Shown: in pieces, positions 25,101-38,268 of the stretch
Layout: the number at the start of each line of letters is the position of its first letter
Numbering within the stretch: position 1 is the stretch's first letter
NCBI GenBank assembly: GCA_951406725.2
Contig: OX597820.1
Span: 114,576,001 to 114,640,000 of the forward strand
Source: Octopus vulgaris
Taxonomy: Eukaryota
DNA: 64,000 nt
Reading direction: 5' to 3'
Translations under genes and position numbers: made by a program
The notes under the pieces: generated by a model
Seen by the model: the letters and a program-made list of their open reading frames with translations, nothing else
Told to the model about the DNA's origin: nothing
Databases searched by the model: none

Positions 25101-28100
25101 AGAAATGGGCAGAGAGGAAGTTGTCACTGAAAGGTTGGGCAGAGGTGATGAATGCCTACATCACCACTGTCATTATTTATCATATGACCATTGTGCCTTG
25201 CCCCAGTTACTGTTTGATTAGATTGGTGTGTATCCTGTTTATTTTCTTGTGGAAAGGACATGTTCCAATGGTCATGCGGTCAGGCTGCTGCCAATTTCCT
25301 TTGCGTGGTGGCTTAGGCATGCCATGGCTTTTAATGTGCAGACACACATTTAGGTTGCATCACCTGCCACAATTTCTGGAAGGTGAACATGTGTGGGCTC
25401 CATTTGTGAGACATGACTTTCTGCAGCTCATCTCCTTGATAGAGCTGTGGTCCTGGATAAAGGATAGACCAAGGCTGGGTGCTTAGAATGTTGTCAGGCA
25501 CTCACTGTCCTCTACAAGTTGGGCAATAGGATCGGTGGATGTTCCCCTTTAAATATTCACTGAGGATTAGTAGCAGGGAAATGTGATGACATCCTCCTCG
25601 GGGAGACCCTAGGTGTTGATGAAGACAAACTGGCAAGTCTAATCCAGAGGACTTTCTGGTTGGGGACTGTTATGGATGATTTCCAGATGTCTTTGGCCTG
25701 GCAGTGCTACCGGGGGACAATACCAGTTTGAGATAGACTCTACAGGCACGGATGCGCTGTCAGATGGGCTTCTCCAAGATGCTTGCAGAGTAACAGAACT
25801 GTTCTGCATGCACTCAGTGTCCAGGCATTGCTGACTTGTGGAGTTATGTTGAACAGCTGCTATCACTTACAGGACAGATCCATCTGCCAGCTGAGTCCGT
25901 AATGATGATTGCTCCACCGCTCTCCTTTAATTGGGCTGGCAAGGCAGTTTTCCTGTGTCTGGTGGCCGAGGCTGAAAGGAATGAAGACAGAAACGTTCCT
26001 CTTTGGTAAAGTCCTCATCGACTTTTTTCAAGTTTCACTTGAAAAGGGAAATGAGGGTGGAGAGGGAGGTGCTGTCCTCGGGTTAATTTATGAAAAGGTG
26101 GGTGAAAGTTGCAAAAATGGCAAGAGTGGATGGTACCACTCTTAGTATAGACCTGTGAGTCGGAAGAAAGAAGCTGGAGAGGGCTCTTGTTCTTGGTATT
26201 CTGGGTGATCTTGGATGGTGGGGCTCTTTGATTATCCCTAGAAGTCCTCCTGTATCAGGGGTATCCCATCACAATCACTTTTCCCCACCTTTTTTTCTAG
26301 TGTCATATACTATGTATACTTCCTTTTTTCTAATGTATCAGGTCATCCCATAAGTTCTGTCCAAATTTTGAATAAAGAAGACAAGTGATCAAATGTTATA
26401 TTTAATTGAAATTTAATCATCAATGTACTTTTCTGGATTATCTATGACTTCCTACCATCTATTTACAAGCTTTTTAATCCCATCAATGTAAAACTCTTTT
26501 GGTTTCAAAACAAAGAATTCTGAAATGTCAGTTTTGACTTCCTCCTGGTTTGCGAAAGTTATGTCTTCCCAAATGATTCTGTAAACTACGAAACAAATGG
26601 TAGTCTGAAGGAACAAGGTCGGGGAAATAAGGTGGATGAGGAATTTTTCCCCAACCAAACTCTTCGATCTTCTGTGATGTAATCTTTGCAGTGTAGGGTA
26701 GCGCATTGTCCTGATAAAACATCACTTCTTATCGATTCACTAAATGGGTCTTTTTTTTCTTCAAAGCTTGGTTCAAACCCTCTAATTGCTGACAGTAGAC
26801 TTGAGCATTGATTGTTGCATTAGGTGGTAACAATTCAAAGTGAATTACTCCTTTGTAATCCCAACAGATAGAGAGAAGGACCTTTTTCCCATGAAGTTCC
26901 CTTCTCAGTTGTGGTTGAGCTTTTTCCCTTTTACCAAGCCACTGTTTACGACATTTAACATTTCGATAGAAGATCCATTTTTCGTCACCAATCACAAGTC
27001 TATCCAAAAATGGTGAAATGAGTTTGCAAGAATGGAGAGAAGAGCAGATCAACTCAGGATTTGTGGTTGCTTTCGGACAATTCATGAGGCACCCATTTTC
27101 CAAGTTTAGGAACCTTTCCAAGTTGTTGAAGATGACGATGAACAGATGTATGGTTTGAACTAAGCTTTATTGCCAATTCTTCAACTGATAATGCAGGATT
27201 TTCTTCAAGTAATGCCTTAAGGTGTTTATCATCAACTTAACTTGACGTCCTGTTCGATCTTCATCTTGAAGGCTGAAATCTCCACTTCTGAATTTTGCAA
27301 ACCATCTTCTGCAAGTTCTTTCATTCAAGCATTCTTTCCCATAAACTGAGTGTATGTTTCGAGTTGCTTTGGCTGCAGAGTTTCCTTTTTTGTACTCATA
27401 AAGCATTATGTGCCTCAAATGCTCTTTGGATACTTCCATGTTAGAAAGGGTTTTAATCAAAGAAATTTTAATTCTGTTAATCGAAGTCGGATGTAGAGGA
27501 TTTGTTGGACACAGTGTGAGATGACTGTTGTTATCGTTAGGCCTAACATATCGTAAAATCAATACCACCATGACCGATATTCAAACTACAGTGGAGAAAG
27601 CTAGCCACTGGATTTGGTTAAAAAGAGATGATGGCTAGAAGAATATTGAGCTTTATTTGATAACCAGCTGATCTAGCAAGCGGGGCCTCATATCAGTTAG
27701 GGGGGCCAGTGCGCATTGATGCCATCGAGAGGTAGGCCCCGAAACGGCGCACATTCTCTCCTGATGACCCCATACACTTGCTGACTTCTGGTATGCAGAG
27801 TTTTTGACTGGTAGCACTTGCATGTGCCAGTTGTTTGCAGGACATCTAAAATAATATTTAATTAGTTTAAATGTACACAAATGCATAAAAATAATTTTTA
27901 ATTCCATTAGACATTCTAAAATACTATTAAATTTCATTCAAATTTAAAAAGGGTAAAATGAGACAGAACTTATGGGATGACCTGATATATTATGTATACT
28001 TTTATTTCATCATTCCAGTATATGTTAACACCCCACACTTTATGTTTGTCTTTGTATTGTCCCCCTCATCCTTTGCCCTGGTAGCAAATAAAAGAAATCA

Positions 28101-28125
28101 TTATTATTATTATTATTATTATTAT
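22185..28125 (+). mobile_element. Decayed Tx1/L1-clade LINE (ORF1 remnant, APE, RT, C-terminal region), with a mariner inserted in the 3' UTR
   Basis: VLVGDWNSILD, YLD, DHK and YWKLNVSLL (APE); PDLDGLTYEFY, PITLLDTEFKILAKVL, LD*SKAFNRV, QGCLLSPLLY and YAADIT (RT); GGLGMP; 3' end AATAAAAGAAATC(ATT)n at about 28087-28125; many stops and frameshifts. Confidence 0.9.
26338..27985 (-). mobile_element. mariner (DD34D-type) DNA transposon, frameshifted
   Basis: Perfect 24-bp TIRs (TCAGGTCATCCCATAAGTTCTGTC) flanked by TA; RRWFAKFRSGDFSL, GDEKW, QDNA and PPYFPDLVPSDYHLF motifs. Confidence 0.95.
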
Positions 28126-28463
28126 TGAGTGAGAGAGCAGTGCATGCCATCAAAGTGACACTGGGGTAAAATATACGAAGCCCAGTATACCCATCATGAC
28201 TACCTGTCTGATAAGGGTACACTAGGCACATGCATTACAACCATATGTGCGCGACATGGTGATGTCATATCAAGATAAACAGCACATGACCTTGCAGGTG
28301 GGACTCAGTTAGAATTTTCTTCTGGTCGAGCAGCCCATCCTGCTCAAAAGGTACCTGAATAAGGGTTGTTTAAGGATGTTGAACGAACCACCCATGTTTC
28401 CAGAGGTGAATTATTCAAACCTCAAAGAATCCCTCTCAACACACGGCTATGATGTTCCCCCAC

Positions 28464-28500
<37 letters not shown>

Positions 28501-28551
28501 TACCATTATTATGGACAGAGTAATTCTTCATTTCTTTATTGTTAATTTCAG

Positions 28552-28757
28552 ATCGCAACCCGACTTCAACGCACCTACCCCTGGCCAAGACCAAATGTAC
28601 TCCAGAGGAAGAGGTTCTTTTCATGAACAAACTTGATGACCTAGTAACTAAATTTAGCAAGAATTCCGGTGGTGATACACTGCCAGGCCCTGGCACAACA
28701 GAAGATGGTGAATATGCTTCATCCAGCTCATCGTCAACCCCTAAATACAGCCCATAG
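28552..28757 (+). CDS. DHRS12: DHRS12-like terminal coding exon: (D)RNPTSTHLPLAKTKCTPEEE...PKYSP*
   Basis: tttcAG acceptor, phase 1; DR.P.STHLPLA motif continues from FFQ; TAG stop ends at 28757. Confidence 0.95.
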
Positions 28758-29929
28758 ATCAACAGTGACATCATGAACACACCTCATATATCTCGTCACC
28801 TCGACAATGAAGATAACGATGACAACAACAACAACAACAATAATAATATTATTAATATGACAGTGATGATGACGGGAATAATGGAAGTGATGATTACAAG
28901 TACAATGATGATGAGGAGGAGGCTGAGGATGACAATGACATTGACAATGACGACGGTCATGTTGACATGAATTAAAATGATAATGACAATGACAAAAAAT
29001 GATGATAATAAAGATAATGCTGACAACAATGATTATGATGATGACAGTGGTGATGATGATTATGTTGACGATGGTTATTATGATAATTATTTCTTATGTA
29101 GCAGGCATGAAATCTACATATAAATGGTACAGTGATACAAAAATGAGATTGTGTGATGTTCAAACCTTTCCTGAGAACATTAGTGATATAAACAAAATGA
29201 AACAGTGAGATAGTTCCAACCAAGAACTGAACTTTGATTGCAAACGTACCTGTATGATAGGGAAGAGTAGTAATGATTTGTAACATTAGAATAAAGATTA
29301 CTCTCATAATCATATTATTAATAATATTAGTAATAATACTAATAATGTTAATAATATTAATTTCATGTTTGATAAGGGAATTTGGTTGAGGGTATTTAGG
29401 TATGCCATCAAACACTCTAAGTTCAAATCTTGTCAGAAGCTTTAATCTCTTCAAGGCTTGATAAAATAAGAACCAGTAATCTACTGTTATCGTTTTCAGC
29501 AAGATGTTTGCCTGTGTATTAAATCTGGCCTCAGTGGCTCAACAAAATACTACAATAGGAATAAAAATAATAATTATTTTTTTGCCTTTTTTTTTCCTGT
29601 CCTTGCACAAAGGCTATACAGAAAACAGTATTTCACAAATTGATTACCACACTGACAAAAATATATGTATGGGAGAACTATAGTTATGCTGAAGACCACT
29701 ACAGTGTATTATAGACACATGTGTGCACCCACTCACACACGTGTGTGCACAAACACACACACACACACACATTCACACATACACTTTCTGCTTAGAGTAC
29801 CACCAGCTAAATACAACAATACAAAGAAAACTTATCTTGATAATAATGCAAACAATTAGTAATGATAGCAATAATAATTATTTTTTTATTTTCTACAGCA
29901 TATATATATAGCTGAATTAGGCTGTGTGA

Positions 29930-29967
<38 letters not shown>

Positions 29968-29976
<9 letters not shown>

Positions 29977-30300
29977 TGAATTAGAGATAAAACCACTATT
30001 ATGCAACTCAAACAGTGATAGACATAAACCAATACATAAATAACAAATAATATAAATATAATTAATATGATATATAATATATATATTTTTTTTTTTTTCC
30101 AAAAGTATAAAAAGAATGATAAATATAATATATTATATTTATCATTCTTTTTATACTTTTGGGGAAAAAAAATATATATATATATAAATTATATATCATA
30201 TTAATTATATTTATATTCTTTGTTATTTATGTATTGGTTTATGTCTATCACTGTTTGAGTTGCATCATAGTGGTTTTATCTCTAATTCATATTTTATATA
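29968..30300. repeat. About 330-bp palindrome centred at 30130/30131
   Basis: Arms are reverse-complementary with few mismatches and no loop; flanked by (TA)n. Confidence 0.92.
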
Positions 30301-30367
30301 TTTATACTGTGAAATTTGATTTAATACTAAATCTAATTTTTCCCTGTAAGTTTGGAGCTATACTCCC

Positions 30368-30408
<41 letters not shown>

Positions 30409-31733
30409 GTATGTGTGTGTGTAGAGAGAGAAAGAGATTTAATAATACAATCAGGTAAAATAGAACTCAAACATGAATATATATATATATTTTTATTTTT
30501 AATCATTAGAACTTAGAAAGTGATTCAAGAGTTTTGTGCATGGCATTAATCAAAGAGCCATGAAACTCTTGGCCCTTGAGTCACTTTGTAACTTCTGCTG
30601 ACAGTAAATAAATAAATAATATGCATATATATAATATATTTATATATATCGTATATCATGAAAAAGATAACACAGAGTAGACAAGTTTTAACAAATACTG
30701 TATTAGCTTAATGCATATATGTATGTGTAATGTGATGTTCTTGCTGCTGCAGGTCTGCTACAGGACATATCCAAATGACCCTGGTCAAATGACATGTGTA
30801 TAATCTAGTTGTTTCTATCCTCTCACTCCATTACTAGCCGAAACATTTTGCTTTTCTTTCTAATCACATTCTGGTGTTTCTCTCAGAATGGTCAATTTGT
30901 ATTTACACCTCAATCTTCAAACTTATTCCAGACCATTTTTCTGTCAGAGATAACACAGCATGCACCATTTCCTTAAATGCTTTCATCGAATCCAAAACCA
31001 TCCTAGTATAAATCATGAACCCTGTTTTCGACCAATTCCTTTGCTATAGAATGAGGTACCAGTAAACGCTCGTCTGTTTTCTACTCAGTGGTAGCCTGAC
31101 CACTGGTATTTTTGATATTCAGTACCATTTCTATAGCCTCTTAAATGGGACTTCTGTTCATGTTGTCTATACGTTAGGCCATTTATCCCTTCCTTACTGC
31201 TTTCACAAATCCGATACTGAAGAGTTTCACTCAACTTTGCATCTGGAAGTGTAGGCAGTCATCCTCCTTTGCCCTTTATTTCCTGTAATAGTCTGATGCC
31301 AGTTTCTGGTCTTCACACCTTTGCAGCCATCTCTATACATCTTGGGTCAAGATTCTCATTTCCTTTCCAAAGCTCATCATTATTATTATTATTATTATCA
31401 TTGTATTGCAGTTATTACTGCTGCTACTATTATTGTTAATTCTGCATTGGCTTCTGCTGTTGCCACAGTTGTTTCCCAACTTGTTATTGTTCCTATTTTT
31501 CTTGATGTTATAGCTAATCTTATTCTTGTTAATTTTGTTGTTCTTGTTACTGCTGCTGTCCATTTCATACACTACCACAGACATTGTTGGTGGTCAGTGA
31601 TGTAGTTGCTGCCATTTTTATTAGTGTTAACACCAGCTTTATAACTCGCTATTGTTGGCTTTAAGTTGTTGACAAGATGTCTGCTAACACAGCTACACTA
31701 CTCCGCTTTATCCTCTGCCAAAATGATTTTTAA

Positions 31734-31953
31734 CCCTTTAGCATTCAGATTACTCTGTCAAATGCAATGCTTATTTATTAACATTGTTTTGAATTAATCA
31801 TGCATTATCTCATAGTTTTGAGATTTTGATGATGCAATTTTATATTTTCAGAATGACATTGTAGAGTAGGTGTGAGATACCACATCGGGCTGGTTTGATC
31901 ATAAAACAGGTAGAATAATTGGACTGTACTTGGCCAATTCAAATGCTAGTGGG
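31734..31953. mobile_element. piggyBac-like MITE
   Basis: TTAA|CCCTTTAGCATT ... AATGCTAGTGGG|TTAA. Confidence 0.75.
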
Positions 31954-32272
31954 TTAATGCATTCATCATAGTTGAATTTCTTTTAATACAAAATCTCTTA
32001 TAGCTAACTACTACTTTGCTTGGAGTTGTAATTGTAGTAACGTGCAGCTTATCTAAACAAACAAAAACATCTTCACTACTAAGTTTGTGTTTATAACATT
32101 TTACAGAACTAAGACTGAACAACAGAGTGAGGGAAATAATTATGCCAGAATCACTCTTATGTCTTGTATTTTATTGAGACCATTAATATTCTGAGTTCAA
32201 ATCCTGCCAAAGTTCACTTTACCTTCCATTGTTTCAGTCTTACTAATATGACTACCAAATCAAATCTATAGG

Positions 32273-33872
32273 CAGGACCGGCCTTAAGCCAATTGGACTG
32301 ATTGCTTCCAGTTGGGCCCGGCACTCAAGGGGGCTACATCCTATACTGCGGAATTTCATGAAGGTGGTCTCCTTGAAGTTTAAATAAAATCTGCATAAAA
32401 ATGCTCCTTTAAAAAAAAACATACTTTCTACACTTTAGCAACACAAGATACCAAAATAAAAACCCATTCATCCAAAATTGCTTGGGTCAGCCTTCCTTGT
32501 ATTTTTAGTGTAAGGGTCAATTGCATGTATGTGTGTGTGTATGTGACTGTTTGGGAGTGTTTATGGGCATATTTGGGTAAAATATTTGTGTGTGTGTATG
32601 TGGTTTAAGTGTATGGTGAATTGTATGTATATATATGTGCGTATGTTTGTGTGTGTGAGTTGCTATAAATATGCTTTGTATATGTTTAATTTTGGGGAAA
32701 CTTTATTTCAATTAAAGTATATTTTATATGTGTGTATATATACACATATATATATATATCCCCTGACTGGCTCTTGTGCTGGTGGCACGTAAAAAACACT
32801 TGCTACACTCTCCAAGTAGTTGGCCTTAGGAAGGGCATCCAGCTGTAGAAATATTGCCAGATCAGATTGGAGGCTGGTGCAGCTGCTGGCTCTCCAGCCC
32901 TCAGTCAAGTTGTCCAACCCATGCCAGTATGGAAAATGATGATGTTGATGATATATATATATATTAAAGAAAGCAAAAAATAAATCAAACATGATAAAAG
33001 CAAAAGGCTAAATGTGTGCTCAGTATTTTGGCCACAGGAATTTCTGTCAAAGAGTCATGGTTAAACAAAGGTCAAAGGTTCAGTTATTTTTCATAGTGGT
33101 TTGATTGAAGTTTTTGTATTTGTAAATGTATGCATATGCATGTTTATGATTGTGTATGTATTTTTTAGTGTGTGGTGAATTGTATACATACACATATGCG
33201 TGCATGTGTCTGTGTGTGTGTACAGTGAGAGAGAGAGACGGGAAGGTGAGATAAAATTTCTTGTTTAAAAGAGAAAGTCTCTTTGCAATGACTCCCATTC
33301 AGGTTTTTGGACAAGCACAAACATAGCCACACACACACACATGCATACACAGGACAATAGTAAGAGACATTTGGTGTAACACCATGGTGCTAAACCCAAA
33401 ACTATACAGCTAAGAACAGGCAGACAGAACTGTGTTTTCTGCAACAGAGGTTATAGAAAAAAATATAAGGCAAGTATATAACCAGCTTCTGAAAAATTCT
33501 AATTATCAATTTGCTTTTTTGTATATCTCTTTTAGTGTAACATCATGCAACAGATAAAAGTTTCTTTGGAATCTTAAATTTCTTTCCGGTTTTTGCCAGA
33601 ATATTTTTAAAAAGTGTAGTTTAAATGTAGTTTCACTTACTGATGGTGAAAAATTTTGGTAAATTTATAGTTTAACATCCAACTCAATTTGGGTGGGAAA
33701 TAATGCTTTATCCTCTTTTTTTTTTTTTTTTTTTCTTGTGCTATCAACTAATCTAATCTCCTAATAAATAATTTTTCCACGGAAATCAGAGGGGGGTAGG
33801 GTAGGGTGAACTCTTGAAAGTTCCCCACTCACCTCACCCAATTGGACCCCACACTTCCTAAGGCCAGCCCTG
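32273..33872. mobile_element. Non-autonomous hAT-like element
   Basis: TIR CAGGACCGGCCTTAAG / CCTAAGGCCAGCCCTG; 8-bp TSD-like TCTATAGG / TCTGTAGA; contains a SINE at about 32760-32950. Confidence 0.65.
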
Positions 33873-34530
33873 TCTGTAGATAGTGGTGGCAGGCTTGGGC
33901 GGGGTGACTGACTGTTCTCAACCAAAATTTACAACCTTGTGTCTGCAAGAAATTATCTAAATTCATTGTGTATGTGTGTAATTACATAAATATATATATA
34001 TATATATATATATAACAAAACAGGAAGTTTAGAAAATTTTTTGGTATTATTTGTCTACCATTACACATGTTTCATTTGCTAATAGGAATTACAAAGTTGT
34101 ACATTATGGATAAACACATAAGAAATTTCCTATTAAAATTTCTTCAAACAGGGAATCAAATTATATGTATTGTTTGATTCTCTGTCTGGAGAATTTCTTA
34201 CAAGTTTATCCAATATGTACAACTTTGTGATTCCTATATGCAAATAAAATATGTGTAATAGTGAATAAATATCACCAAAACATTTTTCCAACTTCCTGTT
34301 TTGCCAACAATATTTCCAGAATTTTCAGCTCTAATATGTACTTCACATCAATACAAAAACTGTCTTTGGAATAAGCAGATGTGCTTCAAGAGAACACAGC
34401 TAGAATTTTACCCTACCCTACATTATATGTATATATCAATGTACATGCACATACAAACACACACACACATATACATACACACATGCAAATAAATAAATAT
34501 ATATATATATAATTTTGTAAGGAACAGTTT

Positions 34531-34576
34531 GACGGTGACATAGAAGTTTCAGCTTGCTAGCTTTTATCAGGCTGTC
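34531..34576 (-). ncRNA. Degenerate hammerhead motif next to (TA)n
   Basis: GACAGC-CTGATAA-A-AGCT-agca-AGCT-GAAA-C-ttctat-GTC-ACCGTC; core G-to-A change and two stem I mismatches. Confidence 0.45.
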
Positions 34577-37500
34577 TGATGTAAGTTCATAGCCACTGTC
34601 AACCTTTTTGCCTTGTAAAAGGTAATAGATATGTACTTTACCAAAAAATATTTAGTAATCCTTCAGTTTGATATTAAATTGTTTTTATATATAATTTGAC
34701 ATAAAACACCAAACCATTAACACACACACACACATTATGTATGTATGTGTTTATATACAGGTACAGAAAATCTTCAAATTTTCCTTCGTTTCTTCTGGCT
34801 GATATTATTAATATTACTACTGTACAACTGTGTACACTACCAAAAGCATTTTATTCCTATATATAAATATATTTCAGCTGTTGTTTTGGCAATGTTGCTG
34901 TTGTTATTGATGCTGGCATTTAATATCATTGCACAGAAGGACAGTGGCTGGGCAGAAGCAAGTCTTGCTGTAGTGGCTTGTTTAAAGCTTGAGTTTTGAT
35001 ACTCTGCTCTTTATCATAGGTTGGCTGCGGGTAGGGGAGGTTGTAATCCATACATCTTTTAGTCTAGTTCTCCAACATTTTAAACTACAGGTCTGTTATG
35101 TGGTGGTAAAATCTTTGCAATTTTAATCTGGAATTTGGTGTCCTTTCCTATTTGGAGTCTTTCCACTCTACTTCAATCACTTATGTAATTGGATAAGGCA
35201 TGAACATCGTAAGTTAGCATATTTTTCTCTCCAGTAATTCTGAGACTTCGTGCTTGTTAGAAAGTATTGTTATTATATGGCAGTGGATTGATGGAATTGT
35301 TAGAGCATTAAACAAAATACTTTGTGGTGGGGGGTTTTTTTTCAGCTCTTTACATTCTGAGTTCGAAACTTGTTGAGGTAAAGCTTTACCGTTCGTCCTA
35401 AATAAAATAAAGTACCAGCTAAGTACTAGGGTCAATGGTATTGACTAACCCACCACTCAACAAACTTATGGCCTTGTGCCTAAGTTAGGAATTATTATTA
35501 TTATTATTAAAATGCTGCCAAGGTCAACTTTGCCTTTCATCCTTTCAGGGTTGATAAAATAAGTCCCAGTTGAACACTCACTGGGATCAATGTAATTGAC
35601 TTACTCTTTCCCCCAAAATTTCAGGCCTTTTGCCTATAGTAGGAAGAATTATTATTATTATTAAGGCAGCAGGTTGGCAGAATTATTAGTATGCTGGAGG
35701 GAATGCTTAGCAGTATTTCGTCCATCGCTATGTTCTGAGTTCAAATTCCACTGAGGTCGATGTAATTGACTCATGCCCACCTCCCTCAAGCTGCCCTTGT
35801 GGCAAAATTTGAAATAATAATAATTATTATTATTGTTATTGTTGTTGTTAATATTGTCAGACAAATCATATATATATAAATATATATTGGAGATGACCTC
35901 CACAAACATATCAAATAATAATGAATCAAAAAAATAAATGTATAATTGAAAACTAAAAAATTTTTTTAACTATATATATATAAAAATAACAGAAAAATTG
36001 TTTTATCTAAACATTATTAAAATTGAAAATTTACTGGAGAAAAATAAACAATTAAATTTGTTAAGGCAATATAATGCAAATAACAAATAATAAAAAAAAA
36101 CATTTTGGAAATTTTTAGATTGGTGATAATTCCAGGTAACGACAATACTAAAATTATATTTAATTTATTGTAAAAATTATTTGTTCTGTGAAAAAAAAAC
36201 ATCAAAATATCTGTTTATGTAATCTTAACTTTTAGTGTGTTGGCTTAGTTATACTATTATTGTTGTTGCTGTTGTTAAGTTAGCTCCTCTTATTTTCTAA
36301 TTCAAATCCCACAGAGATTGGACTTTACCCTTATCCTTCAGGGATTTGGTCAAATAAGTGCCAGTTATGTACTAAGGTTCAGCTGAAGTGAAAATTTGTA
36401 TCTTTGCTCTAGTGTCAAAAATTGGCTGAAATCACTTAAGTGTCAGATGAAACTTGTGATATTTCGTCTGACTGGCTCTCTATGTTCTGAATACAAATCC
36501 TACCAAGGTCAACTTTGGCTTCCATCCTTTCATAGTCAATAAAATGAGGTACAAGTCAAGTACTAGTATTCATAAAATGAAGTACCAGCCAAGTAATGCA
36601 ATCAACTAACCCCTTCTCCCTATAATTGTTGGCCTCATTTTTAAATTATTATTATTATCATTGTTGTTGTTATTATTATTATTATTTATTTATTATCCTT
36701 TTGGGATCAATAAAATAAGTACCAGTTGTGCACTGGGGTCAATGTAAATCAACTAGCCCCTCCCCCAAAATTTCAGGCATTGCACCTATAGTAGAAAAGA
36801 CTATTATTATTATTATTATTATTAGGTGCTGAACAAGGTGGCAAGCTAGCAGAATCGTTAGCACGCCAGGCAAAATACCTAGCGACATTTCATTTGTTGC
36901 TGCATTCTGAGTTCAAATTCCACTGAGGTCAACTTTGCCTTTCATCCTTTCAGGGTTGATAAATTAAGTACCAGTTACGCACTGGGGTCGATGTAATCGA
37001 CTTAATTCCTTTGTCTGTCCTTGTTTGTCCCCTTTGTGTTTAGCCCCCTGTGGGTATAAAAGAAATAGGTATTTCATTTGTACCAGTCATGTACTGGAGT
37101 CGATACAGTCAACTAGCCTCCTTCCCCAGAATCTTTCAAGGCTGTATGCCTAGAGTAGAAATAATTATTAAGGTGATGAGCTGACAGAATCCGTAGCATA
37201 TCAGACAGAAGGCTTAGCAGCATTTCTTCCAGCTCTTTACATCCTGAGTTCAAATTCTCGCAAGGTTAACTCTGCCTTTCATTCTTTCTGGGTTAATAAA
37301 ATAAGTGCTAGTTAAGCACTGAGGTCAATGTAATCAACAAAGCCCCACTCCCATCCCCTAAAATTGCTGGTCCTGTGCCAAAATTTGAAACTATTATTAT
37401 CATTTTTATTTTCCTATCTGTGTTGTGTTTTTGCTTCTTTCTGCAACTTAGAGACGCAACACTTTTCTCAACACATGCTGTTCTAAGTATTGCTGCTAAC

Positions 37501-38231
37501 TGTGTACTTCCTTTGATGCTTATTATTTTGCAGCTTTTCGTGCCAAAATATTGCTTTCTTCTTCTTCTTCTTTTGATGATGATGATTAATATTATTAAGG
37601 CAGCAATCTGGCAGAATCGTTAGCACGCCGGGCGAAATGCGTAGCCGTATTTCGTCTGCCGTTACGTTCTGAGTTCAAATTCTGCCGAGGTCGACTTTGC
37701 CTTTCATCCTTTCCGGGTCAATAAATTAAGTACCAGTTACGCACTGGGGTCGATGTAATCGACTTAATCCCTTTGTTTGTCCTCTCTGTGTTTAGCCCCT
37801 TGTGAGTAGTAAAGAAATAGGTATTTCGTCTGTCTTCGCATTCTGAGTTCAAATTTTGCCAAGGTTGACTTTGCCTTGCATCCTTTCATGGTCAATAAAA
37901 TAAATACCAGTTGAGTACTGGGGTCGATGTAATTGACTATCTCCCTCTTCCAAATTTCAGGCTTTGTGCCTTTAGTAGAAGAGATTATTATCATTATTAT
38001 TAAGATGGTGAACTGGCAGAATCGTTAGCACACTGGACAAAATGCTTAGTGATATTTCATCCGTCTTTATGTTCTGAGTTCAAATTCCACCAAAGTTGAC
38101 TTTGCCTTTCATCATTTCTGGGATGATAAATTAAGTACCAGTTGTGTACTGGGGTTGATCTAATCGACTGGCCCCCTCCCCCAAAATTTCAGACCTTGTA
38201 CCTAAAGTAGAAAAGATTATTATTATTATTA

Positions 38232-38268
<37 letters not shown>

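Noticed and set aside
28773-29208. Met/Asp/Asn-rich ORFs after the DHRS12 stop
   Set aside because: (GAT)/(AAC)/(AAT) trinucleotide-rich 3' UTR
30900-31370. Possible degenerate RT fragment on the minus strand
   Set aside because: Only a vague motif resemblance; too decayed to call by eye
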